Positions 1 to 13,360 of a stretch of 64,000 nucleotides of DNA are shown one piece after another. The DNA is from Octopus sinensis (Eukaryota): positions 2,232,001 through 2,296,000 of the forward strand of contig NC_043021.1 of the NCBI RefSeq assembly GCF_006345805.1. The letters run 5' to 3'. The position numbers and the translations under genes are program-made. Positions within the stretch are counted from its first letter, which is position 1. Every line of letters begins with the position of its first letter. The notes below the pieces were generated by a model. That model worked only from the letters and a program-made list of their open reading frames with translations. It did no database searches and had not been told where the DNA came from.

Positions 1-303
1 GGATGCCCTTCCTAATGCCAACCACTCCGAGAGCGTAGCAGGTGCTTTTGCGTGCCACTAGCACGAGGTCCAGTCAGGCGGTACTGGCAATGGCCACGCT
101 TGAAATGGTGTTTTTTATGTGCCACCTGCACAGGAGCCAGTCCAGTGGCACTGGCAACGACCTCGCTCGAATGTTTTGTTCACGTGCCAGTAAGGCGACG
201 CTGGTAATGATCACGCTAGAATGGTGCTTTTTACATGCCACCGGCACGGAAACCAGTTAGCTGCCCTGGCAATGATCATGCTCGGATGGTGCTCTTAGCG
301 CTC
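1..303 (+). mobile_element. Family C copy cut by the window start
   Basis: Collinear with ~27352-27668. Confidence 0.8.
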
Positions 304-1934
304 CATATCTGGTTTAAATGCTTAAAGGGTTAGAGTTGTTCTGAATTAAAACCTTTTGTTAACATTTCAGCTCAAAAATGATTAAAATTGTTTACTAAAC
401 TCTTCGTTATTCTCAAAAGTAATTTAACTAAAAACAATGTATTTCAACAGAGATATGGTAACAAAAGGGTCAATACTGAAAAAGGTATTTTACTAAGTCC
501 TTAATTTCAAAATCGGATGAAACAAAGCAATGCGTTTCAACAAAAAGATGGTAACCCATTCACCCTGTTACTCTGCCCAATGTTCTTGGGAAGGTCATTG
601 GGGGTAGAGCCCTCAGCCACCTCCTCCATAGGGGCCTATCAGCAGCAGCTGTCATAAGATTATCTGGCTGGATTTCCAAGCATGACCAACTAGGACTACG
701 GATATTATCTTAGCATCTTGCCCTTGCTCTATTGCTAGGACTCCTGTTTATTGGTTTTTAACTCTTTAGCATTCTGCTCTGGTATTTTTTTTTTTTACTT
801 GTTTCAGTCACTTGACTGCAGCCATGCTGGAGCACCGCCTTTAGTCAAGCACATCGACCCCAGGACTTATTCTTTGTAAGCCCAGTACTTATTCTATCGG
901 TCTCTTTTACCGAACCGCTAAGTGACGAGGACGTAAACACACCAGCATCAGTTGTCAAGCAATGCAGGGGTACAAACACACACACACACACACACACATA
1001 TATTTTTTGATTGACTTCTTTGTTTCCATCTACCAAATCCATTCAAGAGAAAGGCTATAGTAGAAGACACTAAAGATGCCCTGCAGTGGGACTGAACCTG
1101 GAACCATATGGCTGGGAGGCAAGCTTCTTACCACACAGACATGCCCGTTTCACAAACACACATATATATACATATATATATATGTATACACACACACATC
1201 CATACATACATAAAAGAGAGTATGTATGTGTGTCTCTTCGTCTGTCCTCTTCACTGCTTGACGACCAGTGTCGGTTTGTTTATGTCCTCTGTAACTTAAC
1301 AGTTTGGCAAAAGAGATAGAATAAATAACAGACTTTAAAAATTATGTTCTGGGGTTGCTGTGTTGAACTTAAACCCTTCAGAGTGGTACCCTAGTATGGC
1401 CCCAATCCAGTGACTGAAACAGGTAAAAGATGCATCTCATGGCTTCCCCTTGTTCCTTGTATTCCTGTGAGATTCCCTTAGCTTTCCAATGAGAGTGGCA
1501 CCACCCTCTTTGAGAAGCACTTGCTCAGAACAAACCCCACTCACTGCCATTATTTTTCAAAGCTTGTAGGAAGTTTGTGATTGAGGGTGAATTGGCTGCT
1601 GTGTTGAGTAAGCTGGGTGATTTATACAAGCTTTTTAGGGTGTGTGTGTGAGAATGAGAGGAAATGTGTATGTGAGTGTGTGTGTGTGATGGAGATCACT
1701 CAGTGTAACTGTTGTATTGTGTGTGGCAGTGGAGGTCATAAGAGTGTCTGAAAAGAAGCAGTTAAGGTCATGTGGTGGAGGGAGCAGCAGTATGGCAGGA
1801 GAGCCCTATTGTGTGTGTGTTGGGTAGGTCACAGGACAGCCCCAAGTGAGCAGACCTTTGATGACAAACCTTCCATTGTGACAATATTCCTCTTCCTCTG
1901 ACCCCATGTGTTCTATGTGTCCTTCTCTTTTTTT

Positions 1935-2145
1935 CTTTTTCAAACTGACAGGGTGTGGCTTTTGAGAGATTTGGCTGTTGTTTCTAGCAGATGGAACAAC
2001 AAGCTGGAAGCCTTCTTTGCACTTTGTTTGACCCTAGTCAGCCATGACTGAGTAGACCTGTAATCAAGACATCTCAGCCATAAGCATCCATTTGTTTTTC
2101 AGTGGGTGCCTAGGGACTTTGTTATTCAGTGTGTCCTTCCTTTTA
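1935..2145 (+). mobile_element. Dispersed repeat family H (gagatttggctgctatttctagcag motif; LINE/SINE tail)
   Basis: The motif or body recurs at ~13950, 14295, 14635, 17000(-), 37520, 38290-38470, 42190-42360, 55070-55200 and 62100-62370. Confidence 0.55.
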
Positions 2146-2710
2146 TGATAAGGTGCTGAAAAGTTCCTGACTTTGGATAAAAGAAAATACAGGCAGATCA
2201 GTTTAAAATTATGATTTTATTGAACATATTCCCCTCTCAGAGTCACACACTTATTGCAGTAACCCTTCAGTTTTTCTTAGCCCCCTCCCCTTTTTTTCTC
2301 TGTAATTTCAGCTCAGAGCTGCAGCCAGTGAAAGAATTCAGAAGGTTGGACCTCCAACCAGGCCTTTTGCAATACCCATAACCCATCGTTACTGTGTTTA
2401 TTTTGAGATGCTCTGTGTTTCTTTCAATTAATTTTAAATATAACAAAGAATTTAGTAAAATAACTTAGTTATCATTAAGCTGGTGTTAGGAACATAAACT
2501 GTGACTAAGGTTTGGTGGAAGATTTTAATTCAAAACTTATGAAAACAAGACATTTGTGCTAGAGACCCAGAGCCGGTTTCAGCCAGGTTGGTATCAAAAC
2601 GGTTAAATATAACAAAGGATTTAGTAAAATAACTTAGTTATCATTTAGCTGGTGTTAGGAACATAAATTGTGACTAAGGTTTTGTGAAAGATTTTAATTC
2701 AAAACTTATG

Positions 2711-3065
2711 GCTGCACGGTAAGTAGCTTGCTTACCAACCACATGGTTCCGGGTTCATTCCCACTGCGTGGCACCTTGGGCAAGTGTCTTCTACTATAGC
2801 CTCAGGCTGACCAAAGCCTTGTGAGTGGATTTGGTAGACGGAAACTGAAAGAAGCCCGTCATATATATATATGTATGTATGTGTGTGTCTGTGTTTGTCC
2901 ACCGATGCTGGTGTGTTTATGTCCCCGTAACTTAGCAGTTCAGCAAGAGACCAATAGAAAAAAAGTACTAGGCTTACAAAGAATAAGTCCTGGAGTCGAT
3001 TTGCTCGACTAAAGGTGGTGCTCCAGCATGGCCGCAGTCAAATGACCAAAACAAGTAGAAGAGTA
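2711..3065 (+). mobile_element. SINE family A copy (5' end clipped)
   Basis: Collinear with the 13361-13745 copy along its whole length. Confidence 0.88.
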
Positions 3066-3779
3066 TCAATTACAAGAATCAGCTGGGTTTCTTTCTCTAA
3101 TGTTTTATGAAAAGTTCAGCCAACACAAGTTAATGTGTGAGAAACCAAATAGGAATTTTGAAAGAAGTTTCTATAAAACTAGTTTTCAAGCATTGAATGG
3201 CTGTGGGGGGGGGGGGGGGGGTCCCACTAGAATAAAATAGTAATGAAAGGGGTCCATAGATAACAAATAGTTGAGAACACCTGAACTAGATTATCAGATG
3301 TCTCATACACTGCTGGTCACAGTGCACTTCCTTGCATTGTTGTAGCCTTTAAATGAGGGCTAAGTGGACAGGCCAACTTTTCCCCTGAATGGAATACCAG
3401 TCCATTGCAGGGACTTATTTACAGCTGAGTGGACTGAGCAATGTGAAATGAAGTGGTTTGCCCAAGAATACAACACATCACTCGGTCCAGGAATCGAAAC
3501 CACAATCTTACAAGCATGGGTCCGACACCCTAATCACTAAGCTTCTGTCAGATTCCACCTGCCAAATCTATTCACAAAGATTTGTGCATACTGCGCCTTA
3601 AAAGGTAAAAAAAAAAAAAAAAGTTCAAGGTGCTATGCAGTGGAATTGAACCTTGAAACTGTGTGGTTAGAAAGTGAACTTCTTAACCACACAGCCATGC
3701 CTATGCCTCTATAAATTTGATATCTGGTTTTGTTTTAAGCAGATGTGTTTTGTCATCATTTTCAAGTATGTTTTGTTCC

Positions 3780-4146
3780 CTGTGTGTGTGTGTGTGTGCA
3801 GGCAGACACACACACACTGTATATATCTGTATATGTATATATATATGCATATGTATATATGTGTGTATATGTATGTATATGTATGTGTATGTACGTGTAT
3901 GTGTGTGTGTATATATATATATGCGTATGTGTATATATGTCTATGTGTGTGTATATGTATATATATTTATATGTGTGTGTGTATATATATATATGTGTGT
4001 GTGTGTGTTCTTATGCAATACACACACATACAGTTGCTGCAAAGTAGGACTTAATAATGATACTGCGTTTCTAAGTGTTTCAGTGTTAGAGCAGGAAAGT
4101 AATGAGGAGAACGATAATAATAATAATTAATAATGATAATGATAAT

Positions 4147-4185
<39 letters not shown>

Positions 4186-4760
4186 AGCCTCGTTTTGTTC
4201 TGCATTACTTTCCTTCATCTTCAGGTCATCTTTAGTGTTTCTACACTTTTGCCACCACCACCACCATCTTGACCATTCCCACCCCTGCTGTCTCTGTTGC
4301 CATCAGCACCACCACCACTTGCCACCATTGGCTAACTATTATTACTACCACCAAAGCTATCACCTCCTCCTCCCACTGTTTTTCTCCTTACTTTCACCAC
4401 CACCAGCACCACTGTGGCCTCTTCTGACACTACTGCCAACACCACTGTTACCACTACAACCAAACGCCATCACTACTATGACCAACACTACAGCCACCAC
4501 AAACACCACCTTGGTACAACTACAGTTACTTCTATTACTCTATTACTACTCTCACCACCACCACCACCACTACCACCACCACCATTTCTATGACTTTTTT
4601 TGTGTGTGTGTGTGTGTGTGTGTGGCTAACCATGTCCTTGACATGCAAGTTAGTGTAGACACACAACACACACACACACACACTCACACACGCACACACA
4701 CACACCTATATTCACACTAGGTACTTACACATACACACACACATGTATATTCATACTTAG

Positions 4761-4809
<49 letters not shown>

Positions 4810-4830
4810 TACACACACGCGAAATTTAGT
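3780..4830. repeat. Compound microsatellite and low-complexity tract: (TG)n, (TA)n, (AAT)n, (CAC)n, (CA)n, (TC)n
   Basis: Directly visible. Confidence 0.95.
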
Positions 4831-6699
4831 ATTAAATAGCCTGAGAACAAAAAGTTCTTTTTTTTTTGTTCTGTGAGTGCATCCCATCCTGTTGAATGGC
4901 TTGTCAGTGTTGTCTATAGGAAGGAGATAGCAGTGCAGGAGTGTTCCACACACACACACACACAACACACACACACACACACACTGCTTTTGTTGTTGTT
5001 GTTGACTGTGATGATGATGCTGCACCTTTTGGAAACATCCCTTCATTTCAAGAGCATTTATTTCAAGAGCATTTCATCATCCTCGCCATTTAACGTCCAT
5101 TTTCCGTGCTGGCATGGGTTGGACAGTTTGGCCAAACCTGGCAAGCTAGAGAGAGCTGTACTAGGTTCCAGTCTGATTTGGCTTGGTTTCTATGGCCAGA
5201 GGCCCTTCCTAATGCCAACCACTTTAGTGTGCGGGGGGTACCTTTTATGCGGACCAGCACTAGGGCCCTTGCAAAGCAAAATCCCCTTCAGCTGGGAGGA
5301 GAGCATTAACAACTGTGCTGTCGTGGGTGGGTCTTCTTGAGTACAACAAGTCCCCAGATATCTCAGTCCTTCATCTCTTTTCTAAGGCTCAGCGTCCTGG
5401 GACCAGCCTTCAGTACTTTGTCCTGTCTTTCTGGATCTCCCTTTTCCACAAGTTCCATCCACTTCTTTATGCAGCTGCCTACGTCCACCTGCATCACATA
5501 ACCAAACCAGTGTGCTCTTCTCTCTTGCACACTGTATCTCATTCTTCTTCTTCCTAACTTTCTCTACCTTTATCTTTTTTGTTTTACTTGTTTCAGTTGT
5601 TGCATTGTGGCCATGCTGGGGCATCACCTTGAAGGGTTTTAGTCAAACATTGACTTCATTTTTTTTAAAACCTGGTACTTACTTTATTTGTCTCTTTTGC
5701 TAAACTGCTAAGTTGCAGGGATGTGAACAAACCAACACTAGTTGTCAAGCAGTGTTTGGACACATACTCCCTCTTTCTCTCTCTCTCACACACACAGTGG
5801 GCTTCTTTCAGTTTTTTGTCTAACAAATCCATTCAGAAGGCTTTGGTCAGCCCAGGGCTATAATAGAAGACACTTGCCAAAGGTGCTTCTCTGTGGGACT
5901 GAACCATAGATAACATGGTTGGGAAGCAAGCTTCTCATCCATGCCGGTGGGTGTAGTATGATTTGAGCTTTAACTGCTGTTTCTAGCTGGCTGGTTGATG
6001 GCTTAGAAACTCTAACACAATGTTCAAACCCTGACAGAACAAAGGTGTGATTGCAGTGACCATTTTGTTTGTTTGTATATCAGGGACCATAGTGAGGTGG
6101 GGATGAGGGGTGAGTGAGAGAGAGAGAGAGAGGGCATTAGGGTCAGGGGTAGATGGAGTGTATGTGGGCTGGAGGTGAGGGTTGTTATGATAAGAAGAAA
6201 AGGGAGAGGGTAACAAAGCAGGAGATAGGGAAAGAAAGTATGAAAGTGGAAAGGGTGTTGGGAAAGGAGGAAAGTTTGTAAGGCTGCATAGGGGTAGAAA
6301 GGTCAGCAGTTTGATCTAAATAAAGACACCTGTGATAAAAAATAATAATAATAATAAAAAGGAAATAAGAGGAGAATTGAGTGTAATTAGAGAGAGAGAG
6401 AGAGACAGACAGAAGTGTGATTTGACCCAGATATGCCTCTTAGTGTGCAAGATGGAGGTGGAGGCTGGTCAGTACTGGTCAGGAAGTGATGGTGATTGTT
6501 TAAAAAGGAAGTCTATTTTAAAAGGTCTGGGACAGTTTGCAATGAAAACAGTTTAATAATAGTGAATTGACTATTTTATTACAATAGTGAAGGGGGCTTT
6601 TAAGCTGGCCCTCTGCAGAGGGCTAATTGGTCCTGTGGACGAAAAGAGAGCAATAATAATAATGAAGCACTTATTGGTACCCTACCAATATGGTATTAC

Positions 6700-6980
6700 T
6701 GTAAATTTAGTTTAAAATGAATAACTTGTAAATTCACGAATTTTGGGAGTTCTTTTAAAATTTGAATTTTCGACTGTTAGCTTACAACAAACCCTCATCC
6801 AGACCTGATCCCAATGCTGGATGCTCAAGAACCAAATGAAGGGCAGATTTTCAATCCTGGGATCATTCTGATTCCAGAAAGATATAACATGTCTATGTGG
6901 AACATATGTAGACTGAGATACGGGGGGGAGGGAGGTCTCAGACATACATACAGACAGAATTCTGCATTTATTATAGATTT
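6700..6980 (+). mobile_element. Possible non-autonomous rolling-circle element remnant
   Basis: The 3' end has a hairpin (ctgagatac...gtctcag) followed by acatacatacagacagaattctgcatttattatagat, reminiscent of Helitron/Helentron-type non-autonomous ends. It is single-copy here. Confidence 0.3.
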
Positions 6981-9522
6981 CTGTGAAAATACAATGCTTT
7001 TTGTTTCAGTTAGCGTGTGTGTGTGTATACATATATATATATAGGTGCATGGGTGGCTGTGTGGTAAGAAGCTTGCTTCCCAACTACATGGTTCCGGGTT
7101 CAGTCCCACTGTGTTGCACTTTGGGCGATACTATAACCCTGGACCAACCAAAATTTTAAAGGCAGTGCCCCAGCATGGCTGCTGTCAAATGACTGAAACA
7201 AATAAAAGAAAAAAGAATATATATACAATGAGCTTCTTTCAGTTTTTGTCCACCAAATCCACTCATAAGGTTTTGGTCAGCCCAAGGCTATAGAAAAAGA
7301 CACTTGCCCAAGGTGCCATGCCATGCAGTGGGACTGAACCTGGAACCATGTGGTTGGGAAGCAAGCTTCTTCTTACACAGCCAAGCTTGCGCCTGTGCCT
7401 GTTAATGTGGTGTTTGGAACATAAATTAACCATGAAATTTTGACAGAAGGTTTTAATTTAGACCAGAAACTATTCTTCTCTCTGAAAATACCATAGCAAG
7501 TGTTTTTCTTTTTTCTCTTCTTCTCACTTTGCAACAAATTTATTGCAAGGTATCACATCCCTTAATGATAATGGATTCATGTTTTAGGCTCAAGGCCAGC
7601 AATTTTAGTTTAGGGGTTAGTTAGTTAGTTAGTTAGTTAGTTACATCAACTCCAGGGCTCAACCGGTACTTGTTTTATTGTTCCTGGAAGGATGAAAGGT
7701 AAAGTTGCCCTTGGCTATATTTGAACTTCAGAACGTAAGGAGTTTGACAAAATGCAACAAGACATTTTCATCGAATGCCCTCCAAAGATTCTGGCTAATA
7801 ATTACCCTAACGAGATTACATAAGGTTAGTAATAGTAATTATAGTAGTGATATTAACATTTAAGAGAGTTAAGTAAAATGGTGGTGGTGGTGGTGGTGGA
7901 GGTGGTGTAGAATGAAAATGTCAGTAATAGTTAAAGATGGAACTAGTAATTAAGAATCTGACGAAGAAATAGAACCAATTATAAAGTTATGAAATTTCAA
8001 ATGTAAGGACATTCCAAAATTAAATAAATTCTGGTGAAATGTTAAGAAATATTCTAACCCTATAGTGCAGACATGGCTGTGTGGTAAGAAGCTTGCTTCC
8101 TAACCACATTGTTCTGGGTTCAGTCCCGCTGTGTGGTACCATTGGCAGGTGTCTTCTTCTGTAGCCTCAAGTGAATGGATTTGGTAAATGGAAACTGCAG
8201 GAAGCCTGTTGTGTGCCAGTGACATGTAAAAAGGTACCTAACACACTCTTGTAAAGTGGTTGGCATTAGGAAGAGCATGCAACCATAGAAACCATGCCAA
8301 AAGAGACAATTGCAGCCAGGACATCTCTGTGGCTGGCAGGCTCCAGTCAACTCCTCCAACCCATGCGAACATGACAAGCAGGCATTAAATGGTGATGATG
8401 ATGATGACGACGTGTGTGTGTGTGTGTTTACATCCCCGTAACTTAGCGGTTTGGCAAAAAAAAAAGTGAAAAAGTACCGAGATCAATTCATTCCACTAAG
8501 GAAAAAAAATCCTTCAAGGTGGTGCCCCAGCATGGCCACAGTCTAATGACTAAAACGAGTAAAAGGGAAGAATATATCATCATCATCATTTAGCAGTAAC
8601 TGTGTGGTAAGTAGCTTGCTTACCAACCACGTGGTTCTGGGTTCAGTCCCACTCTGTGGCACTTTGGATGTCTTCTATAGCTTCAGGGTGACCAAAGCCT
8701 TGTGAGAGGATTTGGTTCATAGAAACTGGAAGAAGCCTATCATGTATGTGTGTGTCCTCACCATCACTTGACAACCAGTGTTGGTTTGTTTACGTCCCCA
8801 TAACTTAACAGTTCAGCAAAAGAGACCAATAGAATAAGTTAGAATAAGTGCTAGGCTTACAAAAGAATGAGTCCTGGGGTCGATGTGGTCAAGTGCTCCA
8901 GCATGGCCAGTCAAATGACTGAAAACAAATAAAAGAATTTAAGTCAGTTTTTCCATGCTGGCATGAGTTGACCACTTTGGGTCGACACTTTGGCAAGTTC
9001 TATCTGCTTTGGCATGGTTTGTACAGCTGGATGCCCTTACTAACGCCAAACACTGTGAGAATGTAGTGGGTGCTTTTTATGTGCCACTGGCATGAGGGCC
9101 AGTCAGGTGGTACTGGCAACGACCATGCTCGAATGAGGCTTTTTACGTGCCACTGGAACGGGATCAGTCAGCCGGTACTGGCATATACATATGTATGTAT
9201 GTGTGTTTGTGTGTGTGTATATATATATAAATTCTTGTTGCCCCCCTTCGTTCCCCACCCCTCCTCCATATTAATACCATTCATTCAGTGTTCTGTTTTG
9301 TTATAACTAGAAATGACTCAGGCAAAAGTAGCATTAACCTTTTTAGGTCGTGCAGTTTTTCTCAACCAGTCAATGGACCAGTTGAGTAAAGCTGGCAATA
9401 ATGAACCTATAATGATTACTGGAAACGGCTGTAAGTCAAATTCCCTGCAGCAAACAAAAATATGTAACGACCATTACTAACAGCTTGTTGTATAAATCAT
9501 TCACCACCACAAATTTACAATA

Positions 9523-9719
9523 TACAAGGGGCTGATGAAAGGTTCCTGGCTTTGAGTAAAAGAAATTCCAGGAGGTTCGGTTAATTATGACTTTATTCGA
9601 CATATTAACCTCTCAAATTCATACACTTCTAAGCCCTTTAAAAGAACTTGGAAGTTTGTGCCTCCAAGCAGGCCTTTCACAATACCCTTGAAGTCAGGAA
9701 ATTTTCAGTATCCCCTTAT
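9523..9719 (+). mobile_element. Mariner-type MITE family G
   Basis: Runs TA-caaggggctgatgaaaggttcctggc ... gtcaggaaattttcagtatcccct-TA. Confidence 0.75.
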
Positions 9720-9992
9720 GTGTTTCTGTCCATCTGCTACAACTCTCTCTCTCTTCCCCCTCCTTAATTCTTTTGTTCCTCTTTTTCTCTCTCTTCTCTT
9801 CTCATGTGACCGATAGGCCAGGCTGCCAGCCCTCTTTTTGCGTCTGACCGTGGTCAGTGCAACATTGATATTCCTCCCTGTGTTTGTGAAAGTTTTATAT
9901 CCCTGCTGTAAGGCTTCATTTCCACACACGCCAGCTTAATTCAATTCATCCTAGGTCGAATTCCGTACCCTCTTGTGTGTCCTTCCTTTTAT

Positions 9993-10209
9993 GATAAGGT
10001 GCTGAAAAGTTCCTGACTTTGGGCAAAAGAAAATACAGGAGTATCCATTAATTATGATTTTATTCAACCTATTCCCCACTCAGACTCACACACTTATTGC
10101 TGTGGTCCTTCAGTTTTTCTAAGCCCCGCAAAAGAACTCAGAAGTCTGGGCCTGCAACCAGGCCTTTCGCGAGACCCTTAAAAACAGGAACTTTTCATCA
10201 CTCCCTTAC
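9993..10209 (+). mobile_element. Mariner-type MITE family G
   Basis: Both TIRs are recognisable. The 5' junction is shared with the 2146 copy. Confidence 0.75.
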
Positions 10210-10376
10210 AGAATGGTGATGAACCTTGGACTCTGCCACAAGAATATGCAAAGTTCTTTACTAATGTAGACAATATTGTTGTTATCCTGGTGTACTAGCA
10301 GAGAGCTTACAAAGTATTTTACTTGGATTGGTAACTTCTTACTAGTGTGTGTGTGTGTGTGTATGTATGTATATAA

Positions 10377-10443
<67 letters not shown>

Positions 10444-11296
10444 GCAAACTTCTCATTGCTGTAATTAGTGGCTTAACCTAAATTATTTTATATAGGCACA
10501 AAATTTTTTTTACATCAATTTACATGTACTGATTGAGCGTGTGTTGTTGCTGGGGGTGAGGCAATGATTTGTGATAACCAGCCATTCCCTGTCCACTCAT
10601 TGGTCGATTTAGCTCTGGTGTCTACTTAGAATCTAGGTAGGGCTTCTATCCTGCTTCTGGATTGGATTCCTAGAATCAGCTGAATGGAAATGCTTTGTGG
10701 AATTCACTAGGGTTTTTTTTTTCTTTTCTTTTTTTTTTTTTAATGATTTGACCTTAATCTCTATTGCACCAGCTTTGCCTTTCATCCTTCGGGGGGGGGG
10801 GGGATGAGGTGGGGGGGGATAAAGTACCAATCAAACACTGAGAAGGGGGTTCAGTGGTATTGATTAACCCACCTCAAAACCAGGGGCTTTTGTGCCTAAA
10901 TCAAAAAAAAAAAAACCAACTTGTTTTTGACATTTATTCAGAGTTGTCTTAACTCTATACATTCTGAGTTCAATGCCTGCTGAGGTCAGCTTTACCTTTC
11001 ATCCTTCTCAGGTTGATAAAATAAGATACCAGTTAACAAGTGGGGTTGATATAGTCAATTATATCCCTCCTCCCCAACTGAAACAATTATAGTCTTGTAT
11101 CTGTATTAAAAATTATTAAATTTCTAGCCTTATGGGCGTAGGAGTGGCTGTGTGGTAAGCAGCTTGCTTACCAACCACACGGTTCTGGGTTCAGTTCCAC
11201 TGCGTGGCACCTTGGGCAAGTGTCTTCTACTATAGTCTCAGGCTGACCAAAGCCTTGTGAGTGGATTTGGTAGATGGAAACTGAAAGAAGCCTGTC

Positions 11297-11328
<32 letters not shown>

Positions 11329-11583
11329 CACACACATATATATGACGGGCTTCTTTCAGTTTCTGTCTAGCAAATCCGCTCACAAGGCTTTGGTCGGCCT
11401 GAGGCTATAGTAGAAGACTCTTGCCCAAGGTGCCACGCATCAAAACAATATGAATGAATAAGCATTATGCTTGATAGAGTAAGCTGAATGAAATCGGGTT
11501 AAAGAATAATGAAGAAAGTGTACGAGTGTTTGTGGTAGAGAAGAAAATCTGTATTTTTAATCCCAAGCACCAACACTCTCTCT

Positions 11584-11621
<38 letters not shown>

Positions 11622-12649
11622 GTGAATGAGGTGTTTGAGTACCTGTGGAATACTCAGCCTGCTGCACTGTAAAACACTCAGTTGGTATTTGTTTTGATTG
11701 TGGACTTGGAATCCTCCCTGTTGAAGCTGATGGAGTATTCATTCATAAAGCCTCTCTTTCTACTGAAAAGCGAGAAGTTTCTCGTTAATTCTCCGTCTGC
11801 AAGTTTCGGTTCCTGGTTCGTTTCTAACTCGATTTCAGTTAAATCAGCAAAATGCTGGCGTTAGGAAAATAGGCAAAAGAAAAAAAATAATGTGTGTTAC
11901 TGTTTTGTTTAGCCTAGACATGTGGTTGTAGAGAAATACAAATATATACGGGCAGACACACAGATGCATGCACATACAAACACAAGCATACATATAAACA
12001 TGCACATACACACATGTAAACAGACACGCACACTCACATACACATGCAAACATACACACACGCAAACACACACACACACACACACGAGCGCATGCACACA
12101 CACACACATGCAAACATACACACACGAGCACACACACGCACACACATACAAATGGACATCATTCCTGTAAATTTGCAGCGATGTTACTCCAATTAAATAA
12201 ACTCCGGTAATTACCGTTATCTAAAACCCAGGAGTGGTTGAGATACTTTTTTTAAAAAAATAACTGAAATAACTTGACATTTAACATGGAGAATAGCTTT
12301 TCCACTCTTTTCGAGTCTGCTTTCTCTTTGCCCTTGTGCCTTTGAGATCAAATCCTACCCTGGCTAACTTTACCACCCCATGTCCCCCACCCCACCCCAT
12401 CCCCGCTACTTTGTTGTTGTTGTTGTTGGTGTTGTTGTTGGTGTTATTGTTTAGGTATTTGTGTCAGGTATGAACGACCTTTTCCAAGAATTCTGTGCAC
12501 AAGACGCGTCTCTTCCTCATCAGGCGGGTCAAACGACTAAATAAAAATTCAAGGTAGCTTTCCATTAGATTTGCATGCCAGTCAGAAAGTCCCGACGCCC
12601 CCTTTACTCACCCCCCCCCCACCCGCCAAAAAAAAAAGGGGTTTTCCCA

Positions 12650-13045
12650 TGTTTGCTCTCGATCAACCCTTAGAGTTCTGTAATCAGAAGTATTGCACTT
12701 TACTGTCCTTTATAGCCCGGTGGTTTTCAACTGGAATCCATATTGCCCTTGAGGGGGGTTCCACACAACAAAATAGTAAACTGGGGATCCACAATAGTAT
12801 TTTAAGGGCCACTGAAAAGATTTTGTTTTAGATGTATGTATTGGTGTGTATTGCATAAAACAGCTGGGTTTCTTTTTCTAACATCTGACATTGTTCAAAC
12901 TTCACAAGTTAATGGGTGAAAAATGAAATAAGAATTTTGAAAGAAGTTTCTATAAAACTTGAATGGTTATGGAGGGGGTGTTCCACCAGAATAAAATAAT
13001 AATCAGAGGGGTCCATAGATAAAAAACGGTTGAACCCCTGTTGTA
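12650..13045 (+). mobile_element. hAT-type MITE, same family as 59520
   Basis: The right end is ggggtccatagataaaaaacggttgaacccctg. The body is shared with 3066-3285 and 59680-59805. Confidence 0.62.
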
Positions 13046-13360
13046 GCCCTTAAGATACCCCCCCAAAACAGGAGTACCTAGTTATCTTATGTATTTTCCC
13101 CCCTTTTTTTCTTATTTAAACCTTTAGTGTTCAAATTTCTTTATCAAATGCAATACTTATTTATTCGTGTTTCGAATTAATCATGAATAATCTCATAGCT
13201 TTGAGATTTCATTGATCTGATTGTTTAGTTTAGAGAGACATTGACTGTAAGTGTGAGAGGCAGGATCTGGCCAGTTTGAACATAAAACAGTATTTGGGCC
13301 AGATATGGCTGGTTTACCCTTTGCTGTTCAGATAACTATCAAATGTAATATTTGCTCTTA

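Larger units (their letters stand above)
9339..11854 (-). other. Candidate nested spliced transcript (three phase-compatible minus-strand exons: 11854-11643, 10294-10210, 9444-9339)
   Basis: All have AG/GT boundaries and join into a 97-codon open frame. I recognise no homology, and a competing + strand model exists. Confidence 0.25.

Noticed and set aside
3740-3765. Micro-exon DVFCHHFQ (ttttaag|cag...TTTCAA|gtatgt)
   Set aside because: Too short to support by sequence alone, and I could not link it in phase to a recognisable gene.
3674-4720. ORFs of 100-195 aa rich in CV/YI/HT/N/H (also 11844-12170, 21845-24629, 33440-34904, 43701-44629, 52299-52806, 56419-57166, 62901-63281)
   Set aside because: They are translations of dinucleotide or trinucleotide microsatellites, which lack stops by composition.
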